Source of the DNA: Anaerolineaceae bacterium UBA6105 | GTDB lineage: Bacteria > Chloroflexota > Anaerolineae > Anaerolineales > Anaerolineaceae | NCBI GenBank assembly: GCA_002423495.1 | Contig: DIWN01000058.1 | Location: 4,080-68,079 of the forward strand | Length of the DNA: 64,000 nt | Direction of reading: 5' to 3' | Shown: in pieces, positions 35,993 through 44,288 of the stretch | Layout: each line of letters starts with the position of its first letter | How positions within the stretch are numbered: the stretch's first letter is position 1 | Program-made: the position numbers and the translations under genes | Notes under the pieces: model-generated | What the model saw: only the letters and a program-made list of their open reading frames with translations | What the model was told of the DNA's origin: nothing | Databases searched by the model: none

Positions 35993-36567
35993 GAGAACTC
36001 TCGCTTCACCTTCTTGACATTGCCGAAAACAGCATCTCTGCTGGGGCAACAAGAATCGTGATTTCCGTGCATGAAGATCTGGTGGCTGACGAGCTGTGGC
36101 TTGCGGTCACCGACAACGGCAAGGGTATGTCCCCTGAGATGGTCGCCAACGTACTGGACCCCTTTTTCACCACCCGAACTACTCGTAAAGTCGGCCTGGG
36201 CATTCCTCTGCTTAAACAAGCAGCTGAAGCATGTAATGGATTCCTAACCGTGGAATCAGAGTTGGGTAAAGGTACAAAACTCACTACTAAGTTCCAACAC
36301 AGCCACATCGACCGCATGCCTTTGGGAAACCTCGAAGACACGATCATCACCCTGCTTTTAGGCACCCCTTCGGTAAACTGGGTTTTCGATTATCAATATA
36401 ATGACCAAAGCTTTGAATTTGACGATACTGAATTTAAGGAAGCTCTGGGCGATCTGCCCTTGAGTGATTTCCGTGTAATTGAATTTTTATCCAACACCAT
36501 CATCCATGGTATTACAAACGCAAAAAACATCACCACCGAAAAAGGAGTCGTGTATGCCAACCATTAA
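35989..36567 (+). CDS. stand-alone HATPase_c (histidine-kinase-like ATPase) protein embedded in the hydrogenase operon
   Basis: N-box HLLDIAENSISAG, G1 DNGKGM, G2 GLGIPL. No HisKA domain. TTG start overlaps the upstream stop. Confidence 0.75.
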   Translation: MRELSLHLLDIAENSISAGATRIVISVHEDLVADELWLAVTDNGKGMSPEMVANVLDPFFTTRTTRKVGLGIPLLKQAAEACNGFLTVESELGKGTKLTTKFQHSHIDRMPLGNLEDTIITLLLGTPSVNWVFDYQYNDQSFEFDDTEFKEALGDLPLSDFRVIEFLSNTIIHGITNAKNITTEKGVVYANH

Positions 36568-36922
36568 ATCTCTCGATGACCTCAAAAGACTGCGTGAGGA
36601 AGCCCAGAAAGTCAAGGAACTACGGGACCAGACAGGCAAAACTCAAATTGTAGTCGGAATGGGAACTATCGGTATCGCCGCTGGTGCCCGTGAAACTTTG
36701 AAGGCAATCCTCAACTATATCGAGGATCATCACCTTCCCGATATCATTTTGCGCCAGACCGGCAACATTGGTCTCGGAGGTCAGGACCCGGTTGTGCAAG
36801 TGATCCTTCCTGGTGCTGAAACTGTAACTTATGGCAAAGTTACTCCTGCTATCGCTGCCAGGATTATGGATGAACATGTCGTCAAGGGAAACATCGTCCA
36901 GGAATTCCGAATAGAAGCCTGA
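36554..36922 (+). CDS. thioredoxin-like [2Fe-2S]-ferredoxin-fold protein (HydD-like position) with no cysteines
   Basis: IVVGMGTIGIAAGA...RQTGNIGLGGQDPVV aligns by eye to the VCxGTCGxAAGA...TGCxGxCxxEP pattern. The 122-aa product has zero Cys. AAGGAG lies before ATG 36554. Confidence 0.65.
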   Translation: MPTIKSLDDLKRLREEAQKVKELRDQTGKTQIVVGMGTIGIAAGARETLKAILNYIEDHHLPDIILRQTGNIGLGGQDPVVQVILPGAETVTYGKVTPAIAARIMDEHVVKGNIVQEFRIEA

Positions 36923-36958
36923 GTTTGGGCTTAATCAATTAGGAAGGTAAGTATAGAT

Positions 36959-38743
36959 ATGGCGTACTATCGTTCAACCGTGCTTGTCTCTATGGATCCT
37001 GCTTGTATTGACAAAGGGGCGTTAGCTGTCAAGGAACAACTGATCAACGAGTTGGCAAACCTTAACCTGTCGGAAGAAGTCCAGGTTATGGATATCCCCA
37101 GAATTGGAGACCCCGAAACTGAAGGTCCTGATATTCTGGTCTACCCTGAAGGTAGCCACTACATCCAATTGACCACAGCAACCGTTGGTCCCATTGTGAT
37201 TGAACACTTCATCAAAGGTCGCGAGCTTCAACAATATAAAGCTCAAATGCGCGATGTCACCGATGAGGAGCTCCGTGAACCCAAAGACAAGGAAATTCGT
37301 GTCATCCTTGAAAACATTGGAAAGATTGATCCTCGAAATATTGAGGATTACATTGCGGTCGATGGCTACCAAGCTCTGGCAAAGGTCCTTGGTGAGATGA
37401 GTCCGGAAGAAGTTATCCAGACTATTCTCGATTCCAAATTGCGTGGTCGCGGTGGCGCTGGTTTTCCAACCGGTTTAAAGTGGAAATTTGCCCGGCAATC
37501 ACCGGATACTCCAAAATACATGGTTTGCAACGCTGACGAAGGCGACCCCGGCGCGTTCATGAACCGTAAGGTTCTGGAAGGCGATCCTCACTCAGTACTC
37601 GAAGGCATGACTATCGGCGCGTACGCCGTAGGCGCCAACCAGGGCTATGTTTACTGCCGTGCTGAATATCCCATCGCCGTCAGCACGCTCAACACAGCCA
37701 TCGAACAAGCCAGGGAATACGGCCTGCTCGGCAAAGATATCCTCGGATCCGGTTTTGATTTTGATATTGAAGTCCGCATGGGTGCAGGCGCGTTTGTTTG
37801 CGGTGAAGAAACCGCATTGCTGGCTTCCATTGAAGGCGCTCGCGGTGAACCTCGCGTTCGCCCTCCCTTCCCTGCCTCAAAAGGCCTGTGGGGCAAACCC
37901 ACCAATATCAACAATGTAGAAACTTATGCTAACGTTCCAAAGATCATCCATCGCGGTCTTGAGTGGTACACCAGCATGGGTTCCGAGAAAAGCAAGGGCA
38001 CAAAAACATTTGCCCTCGCCGGCGATCTCGTCCACACTGGTCTGATTGAAGTACCTTTCGGCACGACGCTGCGCGAGATTATCAACGACATCGGCGGCGG
38101 CATCAAAGATGGAAAAGCCTTCAAGGCCGTCCAAACTGGTGGTCCAATGGGTGGATGTTTGCCCGAAGAGTTCCTTGATCTTCCTGTGGATTACGAAACG
38201 CTCGGTGCTGCTGGCTCCATCATGGGCTCGGGCGGGATGATCGTGATGGACGAAGAAACTTGCATGGTGGACATTGCCCGTTTCTTCATGGAATTCACTC
38301 AGGATGAATCCTGCGGCAAGTGCGTTCCCTGCCGTGTTGGCACGCGCCGTCTACTCGAGATCCTTGAGCGCATTTGCGCTGGCAAGGGCGTCCCCGAAGA
38401 CATCCCTCTGCTCAGGCAGCTTTGCGACGAGATCATCCAGGATAGCCTTTGCGGTCTGGGGCAAGGCGCGCCAAATCCAGTCATATCCACGATGAAACAC
38501 TTCATGGATGAGTACGAGGCGCACATCTACGAGAAGCGCTGCCCCGCAAAGGTCTGCCGAAGCCTGATCACCTTCGAAATTCTGGCAGATAATTGCACCG
38601 GCTGCACCGTTTGCGCGCGCAACTGCCCGGTCAACGCAATTAGTGGTGAGAGAAAACAAACCCACGTAATTGATACAGAGCTTTGTATACGCTGCGGTAT
38701 CTGCAAGCAAGTTTGTAACTTTGATGCGGTTGTCATCAATTAA
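36959..38743 (+). CDS. NuoF/HoxF/HydB-like FMN/NAD(H) subunit, copy 2, with C-terminal 2x[4Fe-4S] ferredoxin domain
   Basis: GRGGAGFPTGLKW, CNADEGDPGAFMNR, ESCGKCVPCRVGT, LCGLGQGAP, then CTGCTVCARNCP and CIRCGICKQVCNF. Confidence 0.9.
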   Translation: MAYYRSTVLVSMDPACIDKGALAVKEQLINELANLNLSEEVQVMDIPRIGDPETEGPDILVYPEGSHYIQLTTATVGPIVIEHFIKGRELQQYKAQMRDVTDEELREPKDKEIRVILENIGKIDPRNIEDYIAVDGYQALAKVLGEMSPEEVIQTILDSKLRGRGGAGFPTGLKWKFARQSPDTPKYMVCNADEGDPGAFMNRKVLEGDPHSVLEGMTIGAYAVGANQGYVYCRAEYPIAVSTLNTAIEQAREYGLLGKDILGSGFDFDIEVRMGAGAFVCGEETALLASIEGARGEPRVRPPFPASKGLWGKPTNINNVETYANVPKIIHRGLEWYTSMGSEKSKGTKTFALAGDLVHTGLIEVPFGTTLREIINDIGGGIKDGKAFKAVQTGGPMGGCLPEEFLDLPVDYETLGAAGSIMGSGGMIVMDEETCMVDIARFFMEFTQDESCGKCVPCRVGTRRLLEILERICAGKGVPEDIPLLRQLCDEIIQDSLCGLGQGAPNPVISTMKHFMDEYEAHIYEKRCPAKVCRSLITFEILADNCTGCTVCARNCPVNAISGERKQTHVIDTELCIRCGICKQVCNFDAVVIN

Positions 38744-38763
38744 GAGAAGCGAGGAGAATATTT

Positions 38764-40692
38764 ATGATTCAACTAACAGTAAACGGTCAAGCCGTTGAAG
38801 TCGAAGCTGGTTCCACGATTCTGGATGCAGTCCGCAAAGCTGGTTTTAACGTTCCTACCCTGTGTTATCACCCCAAGCTGGTTTCCTATGGGTCCTGCCG
38901 CCTCTGCCTGGTGGAAGTCGAAGGCGCCCGCACCCTCCAGCCATCTTGTGTTGTGCCGGCAGCAAATGGCATGATTGTTCATACTGACACAGAAAAGACC
39001 AAATCCTCTCGGAAATTCATTCTTTCAATGATTTTCAGCGAACGCAATCACTTCTGCATGTATTGCCAGGATACCGACGGAGATTGCGACCTCCAGCAAG
39101 CTGCCTATGATGAGAATATGACTCACTGGCCGATCACTCCAGCCTACAAATCCTTCGTAGTGGATGCTTCTCATCCGGATTTCTTCCTGGACAACAACCG
39201 ATGTATCCTTTGCCGCCGTTGCGTGCGCGCGTGCACAGAACTAGTTGGCAACGCTACCCTTGGTTTTGAAGAACGCGGCTCCGGCAGCATCCTGATTGCC
39301 GACAACAACGTGCCCCTTGGCGAAAGCACCTGCATCTCCTGCGGCAACTGTGTGCAATTCTGCCCGACTGGTGCCCTCATTGATCGGCGGAGTGCCTACC
39401 AGGGTCGTGAAACAGACCTGACCCATACCAATTCTGTTTGCCTGGACTGCAGCCTCGGTTGTGAGCGTGTGATCAAGACCCGCGATAACCGCCTGGTGCG
39501 CATCGATGGGAATGAAGAGATTGGTTTCAATGACAGTTTGCTATGCTACGACGGTCGCTACAAGCCGCTGAAAGAAGATCGTGAACGCGTCACCAGCCCC
39601 ATGGTGCGACGGAACGGTCAGCTGGAACCAATCAGCTGGGATGAAGCGCTCACCGCTATCTCCGTGCAGCTGAAAGCCCATGCCAGTAGCGAAATCAGTG
39701 CCCACATTTCTCCGAGGCAGCCTGTTGAAGCTTTGAGCGCTTTCCATGAGTTTTTTACGGAGCACTTTAAAGCCGGGCAGGTCACGCTTCTTGGGCATGA
39801 TCAAACCGCCCTCACCAGTGCGAAACTTGCTGCGGAAATCGGCGCCTTTGAATCCGATCTTTCTATTTTGAAGGACTGCGACACAGTAATCGTCCTCGGC
39901 ACTGATATGGTCAAGGACCACCAGGTTGCCGGATTCTTCCTCAAGCGCCAGGCAATGCAAGACCTCAATATTTTCATTGCCAACAGCACCCGCACCCATA
40001 TCGGCGACTGGTCTTCCAACAAATTGGAATACGTTGGCTCCGATTACGCGGCAGTAGTGGACCTGCTGAAGAGTTTCGCAATGGTTGAGACCACTGATCT
40101 GACCCCACAGCTTGAAAACCTCGGGCTCAAACCCGCGCGTGCCGAACAAGTGCTTGGAAAGCTAAATCAAAGCCAAAAACCAGTCTTTGTGGTTGGTAAG
40201 GAATTTGCCAAAGCAGAGAATCTGCCTGCTTTTCGCAAGCTTGTGGAACTTGCGCGTGAAATCGGCGCGAAAGTTGTTTCCCTCAAGGGCAAAGCCAACA
40301 ATTTTGCCGGAGCTCTGCTTGGTTACGAACTGGATGCCCAGCCGAAATCCACACCTGTCTTCTACCTGGCGCTCGGCGATGGTCATGCGTGTGATCACAC
40401 CCGTGATGCCCTCGCTGGCAGTGAATTCAAGATCGTGCAGTCAAGCTACGTCTCGGAATTCACCGAAATGGGAGATATCGTTCTGCCCTGCACAATCTGG
40501 GCTGAGCAGATCGGACATTACCTGACTTCAGAAGGCAAGCTTGGGCTCAATCAGCAAGCCATACAAGCTACCGATGGCAATCTACCTGTCTTGGATGTCA
40601 TGAAAAGCCTCGCTAATAAATCGGGACTAACTCTCTCCGAAACATGGCGCACCGCTGTTGAAGAAAAAGTTGCTGCAATCGTTTTGTCCTGA
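38764..40692 (+). CDS. NuoG/HydA-like Fe-S subunit (HoxU position) with molybdopterin-oxidoreductase-like C-terminal extension
   Basis: N-terminal 2Fe-2S (CYHPKL..CRLCLVEV..C), HFCMYCQDTDGDC, CILCRRCVRAC, CISCGNCVQFCP, CLDCSLGC. It is 642 aa in total. Confidence 0.85.
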   Translation: MIQLTVNGQAVEVEAGSTILDAVRKAGFNVPTLCYHPKLVSYGSCRLCLVEVEGARTLQPSCVVPAANGMIVHTDTEKTKSSRKFILSMIFSERNHFCMYCQDTDGDCDLQQAAYDENMTHWPITPAYKSFVVDASHPDFFLDNNRCILCRRCVRACTELVGNATLGFEERGSGSILIADNNVPLGESTCISCGNCVQFCPTGALIDRRSAYQGRETDLTHTNSVCLDCSLGCERVIKTRDNRLVRIDGNEEIGFNDSLLCYDGRYKPLKEDRERVTSPMVRRNGQLEPISWDEALTAISVQLKAHASSEISAHISPRQPVEALSAFHEFFTEHFKAGQVTLLGHDQTALTSAKLAAEIGAFESDLSILKDCDTVIVLGTDMVKDHQVAGFFLKRQAMQDLNIFIANSTRTHIGDWSSNKLEYVGSDYAAVVDLLKSFAMVETTDLTPQLENLGLKPARAEQVLGKLNQSQKPVFVVGKEFAKAENLPAFRKLVELAREIGAKVVSLKGKANNFAGALLGYELDAQPKSTPVFYLALGDGHACDHTRDALAGSEFKIVQSSYVSEFTEMGDIVLPCTIWAEQIGHYLTSEGKLGLNQQAIQATDGNLPVLDVMKSLANKSGLTLSETWRTAVEEKVAAIVLS

Positions 40693-40729
40693 CCGATTAA
40701 ACGAATAAATGCAGGTTGAAAGGAAACGT

Positions 40730-41272
40730 ATGACAAAACCAAAAGTTGCATCAGATTGGCTCGCTGGCTGTGCCGGTTGCCACATGTCTTTCCTTGATAT
40801 GGACGAACGTATCATTGAACTGCTCAAACTGGTCGATTTACGCTCTACGCCGATCACCGATCTCAAAGAACCGGATGAGGAAGGTGTGGATGTCGGCATT
40901 CTTGAAGGCGGTATTACAAACACCTACAATGAAGAAGTCGCGATCAAGATGCGCGAACGCTGCAAGATACTGGTTGCACTTGGTGACTGCGCTGTGTTTG
41001 GTGGTGTACCTGCCATGCGCAATTTCCCCGGTGCCGAGGAAGCCCTCAAACGCGCTTACATCGAAACCGAAAGCACCGATGAAAGCGGCATGATCCCCAA
41101 CGATCCGGAACTTTCCACACCTGTGCATGTTCGACCGGTCAGCGATGTCGTCAAAGTTGATGTATTCCTGCCCGGCTGTGCGCCAAGCGCAGACGCGATT
41201 TTTTATGTTTTATCTGAATTAGCCCAGGGCAGAATGCCTAAAGTCGACGGCGAATTCAATAACTGGCATTAG
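40730..41272 (+). CDS. [NiFe]-hydrogenase small subunit (HoxY/HydS-like, NuoB fold)
   Basis: WLAGCAGCHMSFLD, ALGDCAVFGG, LPGCAP. AGGAAA lies before ATG 40730. Confidence 0.85.
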   Translation: MTKPKVASDWLAGCAGCHMSFLDMDERIIELLKLVDLRSTPITDLKEPDEEGVDVGILEGGITNTYNEEVAIKMRERCKILVALGDCAVFGGVPAMRNFPGAEEALKRAYIETESTDESGMIPNDPELSTPVHVRPVSDVVKVDVFLPGCAPSADAIFYVLSELAQGRMPKVDGEFNNWH

Positions 41273-41281
41273 GAGAATTGA

Positions 41282-42706
41282 ATGGGTACACAAAAAATTA
41301 CTATCGAACCAGTCACCCGCATCGAAGGTCACGCCAAAGTGACCGTCCACATGAATGAAGATGGCTCAGTTGAGCACGCTTACTTCCATGTAAACGAATT
41401 CCGGGGCTTCGAAAAATTCTGTGAAGGTCGCCTCGTCACCGAGATGCAGCAGATCACTCCCCGTATCTGCGGCATTTGCCCTGTCAGTCACCACCTTGCT
41501 GCAGCTAAAGCCGGTGATGTCGTCCTGGGCTGCCCGCCACCCCGCCCTGCAAGTTTACTTCGCGAACTCATGCACATGGGTCAGATCATTCAGAGTCACG
41601 GTATGCACTTCTTTGAGCTCGCCGGACCTGATCTGATTCTTGGTTTCGACGCCGATCCCGCCATCCGCAATGTGGTTGGGCTGATCCAGGCTGACCCTGA
41701 CCTTACCGTCAAGGCAGTTCGCCTGCGCAAGTTCGGTCAAGCGATTATTTCTGAGTTGGGTGAACGCTCGATCCACCCTACCTTCGCAATTCCTGGCGGT
41801 GTAAACCGCACTTTGACCGCTGAAGGTCGCGACCGCATCCTGGCTGATCTCGATGCCCAAATTGAGACCACCAAAATTGGTATCAAGATCGTCAAAGACT
41901 GGGCAGAAGCCAACCAAGAAACAGTTGATAAGTTTGCTGTCTTCCCCACCGGTTATCTCGGTCTGATCACCCCTCGCAAAGGCCTCGAGCTTTATGATGG
42001 CAATATCCGCCTTAAGAGCCGCACTGGTGAAGAGTTGGAGATCTTCAGTGCTCAAAATTATCTCGATTACATAGCCGAGCACGTTGAGCCCTGGTCTTAT
42101 CTGAAATTCCCCTATTACAAGAAACTTGGCTACCCGGGTGGTGTCTATCGCGTGGGTCCGCTCGGTCGGCTCAACATGATTGAACAGATCGAAACCCCGA
42201 TGGCGAATGAAGAAATGAAGATCTTCAAAGCCATCAACAATGGCGCGCCGGTTGAGAACACGCTTTATTATCACTACGCCCGCATGATCGAAGCTCTATT
42301 TGCAGCTGAACGGGTACGTGTGCTGCTTGACGATCCGGATATTCTGAGCAATGACATCCTGAACACACGCCAGAATCCAGTTGGGCACGGCGTTGGCGTC
42401 ATCGAAGCCCCACGCGGCACCCTGATCCACGACTACACTGCCAACGAAAACGGCCAGCTTACCAAGGTGAACCTGATCGTCTCAACCGGGCATAACAACT
42501 ATGCCATGAGCAAGGCTGTTGATATGGTTGCCAAGGAATACGTCCACGGTCCTGATGTTAAAGAAGGCATGCTCAACCGGGTCGAACACGCCATTCGCGC
42601 CCACGACCCCTGCCTCTCCTGCTCCACCCATGCAGTTGGGCAAATGCCCCTGGAGATCACGATCTTCGACCACCAGGGCAACCTGACCCAGACCCTGCGG
42701 CGGTAG
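41282..42706 (+). CDS. [NiFe]-hydrogenase large subunit (HoxH/HydL-like)
   Basis: RIEGH, L1 [11 protein letters not shown]2 [10 protein letters not shown], followed by a 23-aa C-terminal extension. Confidence 0.9.
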   Translation: MGTQKITIEPVTRIEGHAKVTVHMNEDGSVEHAYFHVNEFRGFEKFCEGRLVTEMQQITPRICGICPVSHHLAAAKAGDVVLGCPPPRPASLLRELMHMGQIIQSHGMHFFELAGPDLILGFDADPAIRNVVGLIQADPDLTVKAVRLRKFGQAIISELGERSIHPTFAIPGGVNRTLTAEGRDRILADLDAQIETTKIGIKIVKDWAEANQETVDKFAVFPTGYLGLITPRKGLELYDGNIRLKSRTGEELEIFSAQNYLDYIAEHVEPWSYLKFPYYKKLGYPGGVYRVGPLGRLNMIEQIETPMANEEMKIFKAINNGAPVENTLYYHYARMIEALFAAERVRVLLDDPDILSNDILNTRQNPVGHGVGVIEAPRGTLIHDYTANENGQLTKVNLIVSTGHNNYAMSKAVDMVAKEYVHGPDVKEGMLNRVEHAIRAHDPCLSCSTHAVGQMPLEITIFDHQGNLTQTLRR

Positions 42707-42726
42707 ATCGAACCAAACCAAGTTAT

Positions 42727-42758
42727 ACCTCCCCGCTGAACGGGGAGGTGTTTTTTTT
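42727..42758 (+). terminator. strong intrinsic terminator between the large subunit and the maturation genes
   Basis: ACCTCCCCG-CTGAA-CGGGGAGGT then G and T8. Confidence 0.75.
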
Positions 42759-42770
42759 GCAGAAGGGTAT

Positions 42771-43262
42771 ATGCGACAAAAAACGCTCATAATTGCCTAC
42801 GGAAACCGCGACCGTGAAGATGATGGCGCTGGTTGGCACATCCTCGATAAACTTGCGCAAAGGCTTGGGCTTGAAACACCGCAATTTCCGGGAGACAAGA
42901 TTACAACCCCCGATGGCGAGCTGACCTTGCTCTACCTTTTCCAGCTTTTACCTGAAATGGCGGAGGATATTGCTGATTTTGATGAGCTTGTTTTTATCGA
43001 CGCTCACAATTCCCCCAGTTTACCAAATCTGATCTTTGAGGAAGTATCCCCTGACCGAACACATTCCGCTTTCACTCACCATATGAACCCGGGTGAGCTG
43101 CTTGCCATTGCGCAAGTACTTGAAAAAAGATTACCTGAAGCCTGGATGCTGAGTGTACGTGGTTTTTCATTCCGTTTTGAACCATCCCTTTCCTCCAAGA
43201 TGACTGAGTTGGTCGACCAGGCCTTCTCACACCTCCAATCGCATCTTTTCCGGGCGGTATAA
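42771..43262 (+). CDS. hydrogenase maturation endopeptidase (HoxW/HycI family)
   Basis: LIIAYGNRDREDDGAGWH motif. Confidence 0.8.
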   Translation: MRQKTLIIAYGNRDREDDGAGWHILDKLAQRLGLETPQFPGDKITTPDGELTLLYLFQLLPEMAEDIADFDELVFIDAHNSPSLPNLIFEEVSPDRTHSAFTHHMNPGELLAIAQVLEKRLPEAWMLSVRGFSFRFEPSLSSKMTELVDQAFSHLQSHLFRAV

Positions 43263-43269
43263 TACCTAC

Positions 43270-43623
43270 ATGCACGAATTGGCAATTACCGAAAGCATCC
43301 TGTCTATTGCCGATCAGGCTGCAAAGGAAAACAACGGCACAAAAGTCACGGACATTTACCTGATACTTGGACAACTATCCTCGATCGTCGATGATTCAGT
43401 CCAATTTTATTGGGACCATATCAGCCTCGGAACCGTTTGTGAAGGCGCTGTACTTCACTTTGAACGCCGCCCTGCTATGTTGCGCTGTAAAAGCTGTAAT
43501 CACCAGTATCCATTGGGTGAAATCCTTCAGACTTGCCCAAACTGCCAGAGTCCTGACGTCTTCATTGAAGCTGGCGAAGAAATGCTGGTGCACCATATCG
43601 ACATACTACGAGAGGAACCTTAA
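43270..43623 (+). CDS. hypA: hydrogenase nickel incorporation protein HypA
   Basis: MHELAITESIL N-terminus; CKSC...CPNC zinc site. Confidence 0.9.
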   Translation: MHELAITESILSIADQAAKENNGTKVTDIYLILGQLSSIVDDSVQFYWDHISLGTVCEGAVLHFERRPAMLRCKSCNHQYPLGEILQTCPNCQSPDVFIEAGEEMLVHHIDILREEP

Positions 43624-44282
43624 TGTCACAACGTGTTGAAATTGTAAAAAGGATCATGGATTCCAACGATCGCCTGGCACAAAATAACCAGGCTATCCTG
43701 GACCAAAATCACATCTTTGGAATTAACCTTATGGCTTCTCCTGGAGCTGGAAAAACCAGTTTCATTTTGGAGACCATTAAGCGATTGCCTGCTGAAATTA
43801 AGCTTGGTGTGATCGAAGGTGACACCGCCCCGGTCACGATTGACTCGGATAAAATTGCAGCCGCCGGCATCCCAGCAGTTCAGATCAACACAGGCGGTGA
43901 GTGTCATCTCGATGCAAATATGATCGAAATGGCATTGGATGAGCTCCCCTTAGAAGACCTGAATCTAATCATGGTTGAAAATGTTGGCAACCTCATTTGC
44001 CCCGCCGCTTTCCAGCTCGGCACGCACGCCAACATCCTGATCGCTTCCATTCCCGAAGGGGATGACAAGCCCTACAAGTACCCCAACATCTACCGCGGGC
44101 TGGACGTGTTGATCCTCAACAAGATCGATCTAACCCCCTATATCGACTTTCGCATGGACTACTTCCAGCAGGGTGTCGAGATGCTCAATCCAGGTCTGAA
44201 AACTTTTGCTCTGAGCGCCAAAACGGGTGAAGGTTTTGACGCCTGGATCACGTGGCTAACCGATAAAGTCACCACAAAGTAA
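43623..44282 (+). CDS. hypB: hydrogenase nickel-insertion GTPase HypB
   Basis: GSPGAGKTS-type P-loop (ASPGAGKTS), ENVGNLICPA, NKIDL. Confidence 0.9.
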   Translation: MSQRVEIVKRIMDSNDRLAQNNQAILDQNHIFGINLMASPGAGKTSFILETIKRLPAEIKLGVIEGDTAPVTIDSDKIAAAGIPAVQINTGGECHLDANMIEMALDELPLEDLNLIMVENVGNLICPAAFQLGTHANILIASIPEGDDKPYKYPNIYRGLDVLILNKIDLTPYIDFRMDYFQQGVEMLNPGLKTFALSAKTGEGFDAWITWLTDKVTTK

Positions 44283-44288
44283 GGACCT

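Noticed and set aside
40730-42706. Assigning the [NiFe] hydrogenase to the Mvh (group 3c) type because HdrA and MvhD genes are in the window
   Set aside because: The Hdr/MvhD genes are more than 20 kb away, in a different operon separated by a minus-strand housekeeping block. The hydrogenase is flanked by NuoEFG-like genes, not by mvhD or hdr.
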